From assembly GCA_029560805.1 (NCBI GenBank), contig JAKQKE010000039.1, positions 10,158 to 74,157 of the forward strand: DNA of 64,000 nucleotides, written 5' to 3'. The stretch comes from Spirochaetota bacterium (GTDB lineage Bacteria; Spirochaetota; Spirochaetia; Treponematales; UBA12059). Within the stretch, counting starts at the first letter, position 1, and each line of letters begins with the position of its first letter. Made by a program: the position numbers and the translations under genes. A model generated the notes under the pieces. It did no database searches and had not been told where the DNA came from. It worked only from the letters and a program-made list of their open reading frames with translations. Shown here piece by piece: positions 17,306 to 26,963 of this stretch.

Positions 17306-19090
17306 CTAGTAGAATAGCCGTATCTCTTCTCCCTGGACCTTGTGCCGCATCTTGAGGTACATGGCCCCGGCCGCCTTCTTATAGAAATAGCCTGAGGCGT
17401 TGTAGTTCTCGAAGCTGGCATCCATGTTGTAGTCGAGCCCGTAGAGCTGGATCTTCACGTAGGGCTTCACGCCGTAGAGCGCCATATAGTGCGACGAGCC
17501 GACAGGGTAGTCGGCGCTGATCACCGTGGTCTCGGGGCTGGCCTGCGCCTTGACCGACGGCGAACAGGTCCAGGCCCAGGCGCCGGGGCCGAGCTGTCTG
17601 TACAGGCTGACGGCCCGCGGGTAGTACGGCGAGTCGGCGACGACTGGATAGATCATCGCGGCAGAGAGCCGCTCGGGCGATTTGGTAAGCATGCCTCCGG
17701 TCGCCGTGACCGAGGCCGGTATGGAGCCGTCGGCCGCGGCCAGCTTGACGGCGCTCGTCACGAGGCTCTGGCCTATGCCAGCGTAGATAGCCTTGCCCGA
17801 CGACTCGGACAGACGGATCAGGGCCTTCCCGGCGTAGAGGCCGGTTAGGAGGTCGCAACGGCCGTCGCCGTCGGTCTGCAGGAAGAATCCGCCCTCGGCC
17901 TTCTTGATAGCCGGCGCTATAGTCCTGTCGACGAGCTCGACAGCCCGGCTGAAGGGGTTGTCGGCTTCGTCGAGGTAGCCGGCCGCGTCGAGGTAGGCCT
18001 CGAGCAGGGCCGCGGCCTGGGTGGCGTCGGCCTTGGAGAAGTCGGTCGACCGGGCCAAGGACATGGCTTCCTGGGCCAGCGAGTAGGGGGCGCGGTCGAA
18101 GAGGAGCGGCACTATGCCGCGACGGTAGAACATCGTGCCGGCGCGGGCCTGTACGAGCCGCTCGGTCGCCTTGACCTCCGCCAGGTTGGCCGCCTCGAAG
18201 GCGGCCATCGAGGTAGCGGTCTTGCCGGCGAACGGCGCGCTCTTCCAGCTCAGGCTGTCGGCGTGCGATGAGCGCGCGACGGCGACCAGGGCCGCGGCGG
18301 CGTCGCGCAGGTCGCGGCGCATGGCCTCCGCCAGGTACAGGACGAAGGACGGCTCGTCGAACGCGCCGGACCAGGTCCCGCTCGCGGCGTCGAAATCGGC
18401 GCCCGACACGGAAGACCAGGCCTTGTCGCGCCAGGCGCCTATCTCCCTGGACCAGAGGGCCGGGTCCATCGGGGCCTGGGCAAGGAACTGGGCCGGGGTC
18501 TCCGCCGCGTCCTTGGTCTCGCGTATCGAAGCGAAGGCCCTGAACGCCCCGCCGGTCGCCTTGAGCGACAGCGTGCGCGGCTCGGAACCGGTGGTGACGC
18601 CGGATACCCGGTAGGTAGCGTCGCCGAAGCTCAGCCGTATGGAACCGTCGTCGCCCGGGGCGAGCAGAGCCGCGCCATAGGCCAGCTCGTAGCGCATCGT
18701 CGCGGAGGCCTTCTTGGAGCGCTTGGCGTCGAGCCGCCAGGAGGCCCGTCCCTCGTCGTCGGCGTTGACGAACAGTCTCGTGCCGTCGTCGAACCGGACG
18801 ATGAAACCGTCATCGACTGCCTCGTAGGCTACCGGATACAACGCGCCGTCCGGACCTGCGCCACCGCTCAACATCAGCGGGTAGCGTTCCGAGAAGACGA
18901 GCCTGAGGCCGTTCGCGACGAGCTCCGCGGATCGTACGCCGTCGCCGTCCGGCAGCCCCTTGAACGATACGCCTCCCGACACCTCGGTGATGGGCCCCCC
19001 GGACGGGAACTGGACCATCACGAGCACCACGAAGACGGCGATATAAACGAAGGCCATCGCCGCGGCCCTTCCGAACGCGCTTATTCTCAT
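17306..19090 (-). CDS. Hypothetical membrane-anchored protein
   Basis: Long ORF with coding-like composition. N-terminal anchor 'AAAMAFVYIAVFVVLVMV'. ATG 19090 is preferred over TTG 19129. No motif I recognise. Confidence 0.7.
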   Translation of the reverse strand: MRISAFGRAAAMAFVYIAVFVVLVMVQFPSGGPITEVSGGVSFKGLPDGDGVRSAELVANGLRLVFSERYPLMLSGGAGPDGALYPVAYEAVDDGFIVRFDDGTRLFVNADDEGRASWRLDAKRSKKASATMRYELAYGAALLAPGDDGSIRLSFGDATYRVSGVTTGSEPRTLSLKATGGAFRAFASIRETKDAAETPAQFLAQAPMDPALWSREIGAWRDKAWSSVSGADFDAASGTWSGAFDEPSFVLYLAEAMRRDLRDAAAALVAVARSSHADSLSWKSAPFAGKTATSMAAFEAANLAEVKATERLVQARAGTMFYRRGIVPLLFDRAPYSLAQEAMSLARSTDFSKADATQAAALLEAYLDAAGYLDEADNPFSRAVELVDRTIAPAIKKAEGGFFLQTDGDGRCDLLTGLYAGKALIRLSESSGKAIYAGIGQSLVTSAVKLAAADGSIPASVTATGGMLTKSPERLSAAMIYPVVADSPYYPRAVSLYRQLGPGAWAWTCSPSVKAQASPETTVISADYPVGSSHYMALYGVKPYVKIQLYGLDYNMDASFENYNASGYFYKKAAGAMYLKMRHKVQGEEIRLFY

Positions 19091-19234
19091 ATCGATGGGA
19101 CTATACACGTTGCCAGTTCGCTTGCGCAACCGCGGACTCCCGTTCCGGCGGCCGTTCCGTCGGTTCCCTCGCTTGCTAAAGCGCTATAAACCGGCTACCA
19201 TGACGGGAATTCGAACCCTCGACCGGAGAGACGC

Positions 19235-20677
19235 ATGAGACTACGAACGGCGACGCGCTCGGCCGCCGCCCTGGCCGTTATACTCCTCGCTTCCTGCGCG
19301 GGGCTCGGGAGCCGATCCGGGCCGACGGAGCCTCCGTCGCTACCCGGCGCCGCCGGCACGCTCGTCCCGGCCGAGCTGAGCGCCGAGGAAAAGGAGCGGA
19401 TGGCCCTCGACGCGCTCGGCCGCGCCATGGATTCGGGCGACTACGAGTCCGCCCTCGGACGCCTGGTCGAGCTGGTCGAGCTGGATCCCGGCAACCGCTC
19501 GTATCCGGCGCTACGCTCGGCGCTATGCCTGTCGCTCGGTCGGACCGACGAGGCTCGCGCCTTGCTCTCGGCGGAGCTGGCCGCCTACCCGGATAACGTC
19601 GAGGCTCTGTACGCGCTGGCGGAGCTCGAGCGCTTCGTCGGAAACACCGGGGCCCACCGCGCCGCGATCGAGGCCATCGTCGCGAGGCATCCAGGAGATT
19701 CCGACGCCCTTACCTCCCTCGGCGATATCCATTACGACGCAAAGAATTACCGAAAGGCCGAGGAGTCGTACGACGCGGCGCTCGCCGCCGAGCCAGGCAA
19801 CGCCGAGGCCCTCAAGGGTTTGGCTCGGGTCAAGTTCCGCAGGGACGACGCGAAAGGCGCCCTTGCCCTGCTCGACAAGGCCGTCGCGGCAGCACCGGAC
19901 GACGCGATCGCCTACCTGGACCGCAGCCGCGCCCTCTATGAGCTGGGCCGCTACGCCGAGTGCGAGGCCGACATGGACAAAGCCGTCGAGCTCGCGCCCG
20001 GCTCGTCCTGGAACTACGTCGAGCGCGGCCGGCTCTACCTGGATACCGGCCGCCTCGAACTCGCGGAGGCGGATCTCTCCGAGTCCATCCGCCTGAATCC
20101 GGATTATTTCCTGCCCTACGTCTACAGGGCGTCGATACGCGAGAATTCCGGCGACGATGAGGCGGCGCTCGCCGATTACAAGGCGGCGGCCCGGCTGTAC
20201 CCCGATTACTGGTACTCGCTCGAGTCGATGGGCGTGCTCGCGTACCGGCTCGGCGACTGGAAAACGGCCTTCGCGTCGTTCGACGGAGCGGCCGGTTATA
20301 CCAAGGCGCATCCCGAGTACTATGTGGCCGCGGCTCTGTCGCTGTACCGGGGCGGCGACGCGAGGGCCGCCAAGGAGTACGCGGGCAAGAAGCTGCCGCT
20401 CATAGACCGCGGCAAGCATCAGGTCCACTGGCTGGCGCTGCGCCTCGTCTACGACCAGGGCGAGATGACGGCCGAGGCGGAGCTGGCGATCGGCGCCGAG
20501 AAGAGCTTCGACATCAAGGCCGGCGCACTGTTCTACCTGGGCTCCTACTGGATAGCCAAGGGCCGGCAGGAGCTCGGCCTCAAGTACCTGCGTCTATCGT
20601 ACGACTCCGAGCGTATCGGCACGATAGAGCGCCGCATGGCCGAGGCCGACCTGGCCCGGCTGGCGGCCGGCGATTGA
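19235..20677 (+). CDS. TPR-repeat lipoprotein
   Basis: 480 aa. Lipobox 'ILLASCAG'. Multiple 34-aa TPR-like units, e.g. 'ALYALAELERFVGNTGAHRAAIEAIVARHPGDSDA' and 'AYLDRSRALYELGRYAECEADMDKAVELAPG'. Confidence 0.85.
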   Translation: MRLRTATRSAAALAVILLASCAGLGSRSGPTEPPSLPGAAGTLVPAELSAEEKERMALDALGRAMDSGDYESALGRLVELVELDPGNRSYPALRSALCLSLGRTDEARALLSAELAAYPDNVEALYALAELERFVGNTGAHRAAIEAIVARHPGDSDALTSLGDIHYDAKNYRKAEESYDAALAAEPGNAEALKGLARVKFRRDDAKGALALLDKAVAAAPDDAIAYLDRSRALYELGRYAECEADMDKAVELAPGSSWNYVERGRLYLDTGRLELAEADLSESIRLNPDYFLPYVYRASIRENSGDDEAALADYKAAARLYPDYWYSLESMGVLAYRLGDWKTAFASFDGAAGYTKAHPEYYVAAALSLYRGGDARAAKEYAGKKLPLIDRGKHQVHWLALRLVYDQGEMTAEAELAIGAEKSFDIKAGALFYLGSYWIAKGRQELGLKYLRLSYDSERIGTIERRMAEADLARLAAGD

Positions 20678-20698
20678 ATCCGCACGAACGGAGTAGCG

Positions 20699-21889
20699 AT
20701 GTCTGATACGATCAAGGCGCTCGAGCTGTCGGGGCGCAGGATAGTGCTGGTGGGCACCGCCCACGTCTCCCGGGAGAGCGTCGACGAGGTGGCCGCGACG
20801 ATACGCGACGAGGCGCCCGACGGCGTCTGCGTCGAGCTCGACGAGGCGCGCTGGCGCTCGATGAGCGCGCCGGACGCCTGGGAAAAGACCGACATCGTCA
20901 AGGTGATCAAGGAGGGCAGGGCTTTCCTGTTGCTCGCGAACCTGGCGCTGTCGTCCTTCCAGCGCAGGATGGGCATGGACTCCGGCGTCAAGCCAGGAGC
21001 CGAGATGGTCGCCGCCATACGCGCCGCCGAGGCCGCCGGCATCCCGTTCGGTTTCTGCGACCGCGACGTCCAGACGACGCTGCGCAGGGCCTGGGGCAAG
21101 TCGAATCTCTGGAACAAGTCGAAGCTCCTGGCCCAGCTCGTCGCGGCCGCCTTCTCGAACGAGAAGCCCGACGCCGAGGAGATAGAGCGGCTCAAGGTGC
21201 GCTCCGAGCTCGACGAGATGATGGGCGAGCTGGCCGATTACCTGCCGAGCGTCAAGGAAGTGCTCATCGACGAGCGGGACCGCTATATCGCCTCCAAGAT
21301 CTGGACGATGCGCGGCGAGAGGCTGGTAGCCGTGATAGGGGCCGGCCATGCGCCGGGCGTCGAAGCCTGGCTCGCCCGATTCGCCGAAGGCGCGCCAGGC
21401 GGCGACACTCCGGGCACCGACGTATCGGACCTCGAGCTGGTGCCCCCGCCCGGCCTGTTGGCCAGGAGCGCCGGCTGGCTCGTACCGGCCCTGATCGTCG
21501 GCTTCATCGCTCTCGGCTTCTTTACCTCCGGCGCCGAGGCCAGCCTGCGCCTCCTCCTGCGCTGGGTGGCGCTCAACGGCACGCTGGCGGCCATCGGATC
21601 CGTCCTCTGCCTGTCCCACCCGCTGACGGTGCTGGTATCGTTCGCGGCGGCGCCCATCGCCACCCTGAACCCGCTGGTCGCGGTCGGCTTTTTTTCTGGA
21701 ATCGTCGAGGCCTGGCTCCGCAAGCCCCAGGTGTCCGATTTCCAGACTCTGTCGACCGACGTGTCGAGCCTGAAGGGCTTCTATCGGAACAAGGTCACGC
21801 ACATCCTGCTGGTCTTCTTCCTGTCGAGCCTTGGCGGCGCGCTCGGCAACTTCATCGCGCTACCTTTCCTGGCGGGCGGGGCGTTCTAG
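20699..21889 (+). CDS. TraB/GumN-family protein
   Basis: 396 aa. N-terminal 'RIVLVGTAHVSRESVDEV', 'ERDRYIASKI' and 'AVIGAGHAPGV', plus C-terminal TM helices, as in TraB pheromone-shutdown-like proteins. Confidence 0.85.
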   Translation: MSDTIKALELSGRRIVLVGTAHVSRESVDEVAATIRDEAPDGVCVELDEARWRSMSAPDAWEKTDIVKVIKEGRAFLLLANLALSSFQRRMGMDSGVKPGAEMVAAIRAAEAAGIPFGFCDRDVQTTLRRAWGKSNLWNKSKLLAQLVAAAFSNEKPDAEEIERLKVRSELDEMMGELADYLPSVKEVLIDERDRYIASKIWTMRGERLVAVIGAGHAPGVEAWLARFAEGAPGGDTPGTDVSDLELVPPPGLLARSAGWLVPALIVGFIALGFFTSGAEASLRLLLRWVALNGTLAAIGSVLCLSHPLTVLVSFAAAPIATLNPLVAVGFFSGIVEAWLRKPQVSDFQTLSTDVSSLKGFYRNKVTHILLVFFLSSLGGALGNFIALPFLAGGAF

Positions 21890-22629
21890 CGGGGTTCCCT
21901 TCGGGGTTCCCTTCGGGGTTCCCCTTGGGGGTTCGAATCAAAACGGTAGCCAAAGCCGCGGATGGTGACGATCCGGCGCGAGTCGGACGGTTCGTCGCCG
22001 AGTTTTTGCCTGAGCGACGAAATGTGTACGTCGACCGTCCTCGAGGCGATCGCGCCGTCGTAACCCCAGACCTCCTCGAGCAGGCACGCACGGGACAACG
22101 TGCGGCCCTCGTTCTCGACCAAGAACATCAGTAGCCGGAATTCCTGGACGGTCAGCGTGACCGGTATCCCGGCCTTGCGGACCTCGGCCCGTTCCGGATC
22201 GATTTCAACGTCGCCGAAGCGCACCGCCGCCTCGGTCCTCCGGCGGCGGGCCGGGCCATCCTTGGTTCGGCGCACGAGCGCCTCGATGCGGGCCAGGAGC
22301 TCCGCCGAGTCGAAGGGTTTGCCGAGGTAGTCGTCGGCGCCCAGCCTGAGGCCCTCGACGCGGTCGGTCACGTCGGCCTTGGCGGTCAGCACGAGCAGGG
22401 GCGTCGCGTCGCCCCTGGACCGCATCGCCTTGAGCAGGTCGAGGCCGGAGCCTCCGGGGAGCATCAAGTCGAGCAGGATCACGTCGTGGCCGCCCGAGGC
22501 GACGGCGGCCTCGGCCGAGGCGAGGTCGGCCGCGTTCGTCACGGCGTAGCCCTTGGCCGAGAGGAGATCCGTCAGGGTCAGGACGAGACCGGGCTCGTCC
22601 TCGATCAACAGAACCGAGATAGCGCTCAT
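21886..22629 (-). CDS. OmpR-family response regulator with a C-terminal (EPRR) repeat tail
   Basis: 247 aa. Receiver motifs 'VLLIEDEPG', 'DVILLDLMLPGGSG', 'LTAKAD' and 'DDYLGKPF'. Winged-helix 'IRGFGYRF'. An extra tail 'DSNPQGEPRREPRREPR' follows. Confidence 0.9.
   Translation of the reverse strand: MSAISVLLIEDEPGLVLTLTDLLSAKGYAVTNAADLASAEAAVASGGHDVILLDLMLPGGSGLDLLKAMRSRGDATPLLVLTAKADVTDRVEGLRLGADDYLGKPFDSAELLARIEALVRRTKDGPARRRRTEAAVRFGDVEIDPERAEVRKAGIPVTLTVQEFRLLMFLVENEGRTLSRACLLEEVWGYDGAIASRTVDVHISSLRQKLGDEPSDSRRIVTIRGFGYRFDSNPQGEPRREPRREPR
21891..21932. repeat. 12-nt tandem repeat (about 3 copies of 'ggggttcccttc') encoding the response-regulator tail
   Basis: ggggttcccttc / ggggttcccttc / ggggttcccctt, read directly from the sequence. 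Confidence 0.85.
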
Positions 22630-24311
22630 CGCCAGCTCCTGAAGGTAAGCTCGGCTATCGTGCCGCCTTCGGGCGGGAATCGTAGCCGCGCGTCTCCGCC
22701 GTGCATGCGCGCGACGCGCCTCACGAGGTAGAGGCCGATGCCCGTGCCTTTGGTTCTGGCCGAGATGGCTGCGGCGCCGCGGTAGAACGGCTCGAACAGC
22801 TGCCCGCGTTCGGGCTTAGGCACTCCCGGGCCGTCGTCCGAGCATTCTATCACGACCATGGCCCGCTTGCCGACCGCCTTCTCGTAGGCCCGTATCCTCA
22901 CGGCGCCGCCGGCGTATTCGATCGCGTTGCGCACGACGCCCTCGAGGGCCGACTCGAGTAGCAGGGCCGAGCCGTCTATCATCGGTTCTCCCGCTATATC
23001 CACCGAGAATGAGACCCCGAGGGCCGAGGCTGTCGCCCGTAGCTTGGCTATGGCGGCTTCGATAAGGTCGGCCGCCTCGACGGGCTCGCTCCTGGCTACG
23101 GATTCGGTCGACTGAAGGCCCGCCATGACCAGAAGCCGTTCGACGGTCTCGGCCAGCCGCCTAGCCTCCTTGGCGACGATGGCGCCGTACTCCGCGACGC
23201 GCCGTTGCTCGACGATGCCCTCCGCGAGATTCTCGCCGGCGGACAGGATCACGGTGACGGGCGTCTTGAGCTCATGCGTGACGCTGGCCACGAAATCGCG
23301 TTCCCTCTCGGTCAGCCGTATCGACTTCCTGACGGCGTAGTAGAGCATGAGTACGCAGCCGTAGAGCAGGGCGAGGAAGGCTGCCGAGGCTATCGACCAG
23401 CCGATGGCCTGGAGCTTGGCTTCCAGAGCGAGCGAACGTCGCTTGCCGTAGACCGACAGGGCCCAGCGGCCTCGCTCGCCGCCCTCCTGGAACCTATACC
23501 GGTCGATCGGAAATTGATCATCCGATCGGCCGTTTCGCGGCGATCCCATCCTGGGCGCCGGCGGCCCGAGGGGATAGGGGAGCCGGTCGAATCCGCTCAG
23601 GGTCCGGTAACTCATCGGCCAGCTCTCGCCGCCCATGAAGAACGCCTCGTAGAAGCCGGAGACGTCGAAGCCCGATGAATCCCTGAAGAGGGGACGCTCG
23701 AGGTCGGCCTCGAGAGGGTCGGCCGCGCCGCTCGAGAAACGCCGCTCCCCGGAGGGGGCGCGTAGCGTGATAGCGTAGTCGCCAAACCCGGTGTCCGCTC
23801 CGAAATACGATTCGGCCAGGATGGGGATGACGGTACCGGCGAGCACGCCCTGGTCGAGGATGGCCACGAGCGCGCGTCCTCCGCTCTCGAAGGAGCCCCC
23901 GGGCGCTAGGCGGATCATGTGGGTCGCCGCGTCATCGGCGCTCGGATCGCCGAAGGCTTCGCCTTCTTCGACCAGGACGACGGAGGCCACGAGGAGCGGC
24001 CAACGCGAGGCGGCCTTATACGCCTCGACGCCGCGCGCGATCGGCTCTTCCCAGGAGGCGGCGCCGTCCGACGGCGTGAGCCGGGCCATGGCTGTGGCGA
24101 GGCACGAGTCGAGCAGGGTCAGCTCAAGGTCGAGGTCGAAGGCCAGGCGGTCGGCCTGGTTCATCAGCGCCGCCTTCGTCCTGTTCGCGTTCGTAGCGGC
24201 CGCTTCCACGAACAGGCCGCTTATGACAACCCAGAAGACGAGTATCGCGGGTAGTATCGCCGCTACCAGGAGCGAGAATACGCGCGCGATGACCCGATTG
24301 CTCCTCCTCAT
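22626..24311 (-). CDS. Sensor histidine kinase (HisKA + HATPase_c) with a large periplasmic domain
   Basis: 561 aa with two TM segments. H-box 'FVASVTHELKTPV'. 'RNAIEYAGG' (N box). 'DDGPGVP' (G1). 'GTGIGLYLVRRVARMHGG' (G2). ATGA overlap with the response regulator gene. Confidence 0.9.
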   Translation of the reverse strand: MRRSNRVIARVFSLLVAAILPAILVFWVVISGLFVEAAATNANRTKAALMNQADRLAFDLDLELTLLDSCLATAMARLTPSDGAASWEEPIARGVEAYKAASRWPLLVASVVLVEEGEAFGDPSADDAATHMIRLAPGGSFESGGRALVAILDQGVLAGTVIPILAESYFGADTGFGDYAITLRAPSGERRFSSGAADPLEADLERPLFRDSSGFDVSGFYEAFFMGGESWPMSYRTLSGFDRLPYPLGPPAPRMGSPRNGRSDDQFPIDRYRFQEGGERGRWALSVYGKRRSLALEAKLQAIGWSIASAAFLALLYGCVLMLYYAVRKSIRLTERERDFVASVTHELKTPVTVILSAGENLAEGIVEQRRVAEYGAIVAKEARRLAETVERLLVMAGLQSTESVARSEPVEAADLIEAAIAKLRATASALGVSFSVDIAGEPMIDGSALLLESALEGVVRNAIEYAGGAVRIRAYEKAVGKRAMVVIECSDDGPGVPKPERGQLFEPFYRGAAAISARTKGTGIGLYLVRRVARMHGGDARLRFPPEGGTIAELTFRSWR

Positions 24312-24332
24312 CCGGCCTCCTCCGGGCTACGA

Positions 24333-25469
24333 TCAGCCGAGGGCCTCGGCCGCCCGCCTGAGCATGGCCGGGATGTCTATGCCCTGAGGGCACTTCGGGA
24401 CGCACTCGCCGCACGCGACGCAGGCGTCGGCGCCGTGCCCCGCTAGTTCGGTCGCGTACCGCCTGCGGGCGCCCTCGCGGTCGCCGAACATCGAGGCATC
24501 GTTCCAGAGCTCGAACACGCCCTGGATCGACACGCCGGCGGGGCAGGGGCGGCAGTACCCGCAGGCGGTGCACGGCGTAGCCATGCGCGAGCGGAACCAG
24601 TCCCGCGCGGCGTCGATAGCCGCGCGCTCGGGCGTCGTGATCGAGTTGGCGCGCGCCGAGGAGGCTACCGCCGCGTTCTCCCAGAGCTGCGACGAGGCGC
24701 CCATGCCGGAGAGCGCCGTCACGACCTCCTGCCGGTCCAGCACGTGGCGGAGCGCCCATTCGGCGGCCATCCTCGGGATAGGATAGGACGCGAAGGCCTT
24801 GCGCACCTCGTCCGGCACGTCGGCCAGCACACCGCCGCGTAGCGGTTCCATCACAATGACGCCTAAGCCCCGCTCGGCGGCGTAGCGGATGCCAGCGTCG
24901 CCCGCTTGGTATTCCTCGTCGATGTAATTGTACTGGACCTGGCAGAATTCCCAATCGGGCCAGCCATCCACGATTTCCTTGAACGAATCGAGGTCGTCGT
25001 GGAACGAGAAGCCGACGTGGCCTATCCTTCCGTCGGCCTTGGCCTTGGCCAGGAACTCCAGCCCCCCGGTCTCGAGCATCGTCCGCCAGCGCTTGCGGTT
25101 GAGCGCGTGCGCCAGGTAGAAGTCGATCCGGTCAACGCGCAGCCGCAAGAGCTGTTCCGCGAGGAAACGTTCCCAGTCGCCGGGCTCCTCGATCAGCCAG
25201 GTCGGGGCCTTCGTCGCGATGAGTACCACGTCGCGGCAGCCGAGGCGCTCGACGGCCCGGCCGAGCCAGGGCTCGCTCCGTTCCTTATGATAGGGCCAGG
25301 CCGTATCGAGATAGTTGACGCCGGCCTCGAGCGCGTCGGACAACAGGGCGTCCGCCGCGTCCTCGTCGATGGCCGCCTGGTCGTCAGGGCGGGTCGGTAG
25401 GCGCATGCAGCCGAGGCCGAGCGCCGATATGTCCAGGTCGGGGATCTTGGGGAATCGTCGATACAGCAT
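24333..25469 (-). CDS. Aldo/keto reductase with a C-terminal 4Fe-4S ferredoxin-type domain
   Basis: 378 aa. AKR N-terminus 'ISALGLGCMRLP', 'YLDTAWPYH'. C-terminal Cys clusters 'CTACGYCRPCPAGV' and 'CVACGECVPKCPQG'. Confidence 0.85.
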   Translation of the reverse strand: MLYRRFPKIPDLDISALGLGCMRLPTRPDDQAAIDEDAADALLSDALEAGVNYLDTAWPYHKERSEPWLGRAVERLGCRDVVLIATKAPTWLIEEPGDWERFLAEQLLRLRVDRIDFYLAHALNRKRWRTMLETGGLEFLAKAKADGRIGHVGFSFHDDLDSFKEIVDGWPDWEFCQVQYNYIDEEYQAGDAGIRYAAERGLGVIVMEPLRGGVLADVPDEVRKAFASYPIPRMAAEWALRHVLDRQEVVTALSGMGASSQLWENAAVASSARANSITTPERAAIDAARDWFRSRMATPCTACGYCRPCPAGVSIQGVFELWNDASMFGDREGARRRYATELAGHGADACVACGECVPKCPQGIDIPAMLRRAAEALG

Positions 25470-25489
25470 GAACGAAGTATAGCATACCC

Positions 25490-25517
25490 TTGACGTATCC
25501 CTTCAATGGTTTACAAT
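25490..25517 (+). promoter_or_regulatory. Candidate sigma70-type promoter of the ABC transporter operon
   Basis: TTGACG (25490-25495), a 16-nt spacer, then TACAAT (25512-25517), ~38 nt upstream of ATG 25556. Pattern match only. Confidence 0.35.
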
Positions 25518-25555
25518 GGTCGGATCGTCGGTTCGCCGACGAACAAGGAGGATTC

Positions 25556-26788
25556 ATGAAACTGTCCCGCATCTCCGCCGCGATCCTGTTCGCGGCCGTC
25601 ATCGCATTCGCGGGTTGCCAGAAGGCCGAGAAGCCCGCGGCTCCCGCCGAGAAGGCCAAGGCGGCCTTCCATATCGGCGTAGTGACCGGTACGGTATCGC
25701 AGTCCGAGGACGACCTGCGCGGCGCCGAAGAGCTGATCAAGCGCTACGGCAAAGTGTCCGACGGCGGCATGATCCAGCATATTACCTATCCCGACAACTT
25801 CATGGATCAGCAGGAGACCACGATCTCCCAGATCGTAGCCCTGGCCGACGATCCGCTCATGAAGGCTATCGTGATGAACCAGGCCGTACCCGGCGCAGCC
25901 GAGGGCTTCAAGCGCGTGCGCGAGAAGCGCTCCGACATCCTGCTCTTCGCCGGCGAGCCCCACGAGGATCCGCTCGTGATCGAGGCGGCCTCCGACCTCG
26001 CCCTGAACAGCGACTTCATCAGCCGCGGCTATACGATCATCTGGGCCGCCAAGGAGCTTGGCGCCAAGACCTTCGTCCACATCTCCTTCCCGCGCCATAT
26101 GTCGTACGAGACTCTCGGTCTGCGCAGGCAGATCATGGAGCAGGCCTGTAAGGATCTCGGCCTGACCTTCGCGTTCGAGACCGCCCCCGACCCGACCTCC
26201 GACGTCGGCGTGGCCGGCGCCCAGCAGTTCATCCTCGAGAAGGTCCCGGCCTGGATCGAGAAGTACGGCAAGGAGACCGCCTTCTTCTGCACGAACGATG
26301 CCCACACCGAGCCGCTCCTCAAGCAGTTGCTCCAGTACGGCGGATACTTCGTCGAGGCCGACCTGCCGTCGCCGCTCATGGGCTACCCGGGAGCGCTCGG
26401 CGTCGACCTGACCGCCGAGGCAGGGAACTTCCCCGCCATCCTCAAGAAGGTCGAGCAGGCCGTGGTCGATAAGGGCGGCGCTGGCCGTTTCGGCACCTGG
26501 GCCTATAGCTACGGCTTCACCGTCACCGCCGGCCTCGGCGAGTTCGCCAAGAACGTGATCGAGGGCAAGACCACCAAGGACAGCCTGGACGGCCTGTTCG
26601 AGGCCTTCGCCGTCTATACGCCGGGCGCCCAGTGGAACGGCGGCTACTACATCGACGCCAACACCGGCGTCCGCGCCAAGAACCACCTCCTCGTCTACAT
26701 GGACACCTACATCCTCGGTAAGGGCTACCTGCCCACCACCAAGCAGACGGTGCCCGAGAAGTACTTCTCGATCAAATTCAAGAAGTAA
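25556..26788 (+). CDS. ABC transporter substrate-binding lipoprotein (DUF3798-like, type I periplasmic-binding fold)
   Basis: ATG 25556 is preceded by AAGGAGGA. Lipobox 'VIAFAGCQK'. 'FHIGVVTGTVSQSEDDLRGAE' is typical of the DUF3798 lipoprotein family as I remember it. It sits upstream of CUT2-type ABC genes. Confidence 0.8.
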   Translation: MKLSRISAAILFAAVIAFAGCQKAEKPAAPAEKAKAAFHIGVVTGTVSQSEDDLRGAEELIKRYGKVSDGGMIQHITYPDNFMDQQETTISQIVALADDPLMKAIVMNQAVPGAAEGFKRVREKRSDILLFAGEPHEDPLVIEAASDLALNSDFISRGYTIIWAAKELGAKTFVHISFPRHMSYETLGLRRQIMEQACKDLGLTFAFETAPDPTSDVGVAGAQQFILEKVPAWIEKYGKETAFFCTNDAHTEPLLKQLLQYGGYFVEADLPSPLMGYPGALGVDLTAEAGNFPAILKKVEQAVVDKGGAGRFGTWAYSYGFTVTAGLGEFAKNVIEGKTTKDSLDGLFEAFAVYTPGAQWNGGYYIDANTGVRAKNHLLVYMDTYILGKGYLPTTKQTVPEKYFSIKFKK

Positions 26789-26807
26789 TTCCCTTTCCCG
26801 CCGTATC

Positions 26808-26838
26808 GAGCCGCCCTCCGGGGCGGCTCATTTTTTTT
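26808..26838 (+). terminator. Intra-operon rho-independent terminator/attenuator after the binding-protein gene
   Basis: GAGCCGCCC-tccg-GGGCGGCTC (9-bp perfect stem) followed by ATTTTTTTT, 20 nt after the stop codon. Confidence 0.7.
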
Positions 26839-26963
26839 GACAATACCGCCGGCATCGATTATGATGCCTCTCGCGCGCGGGCTCGCTAGCCCGCCGATCC
26901 AGTCAGGGCCAGCGGTATCGACGTCCCAGGACGGCCGACCTCGCACGAAAAAAGGTAGGACAC

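Noticed and set aside
21915-21945. 'GGGGGTTCGAATCA' resembles a tRNA T-arm/T-loop (GGTTCGAATC).
   Set aside because: No complementary T-stem, acceptor stem or anticodon arm can be drawn in the flanks, and the sequence lies inside the response-regulator coding region and its repeat tail.
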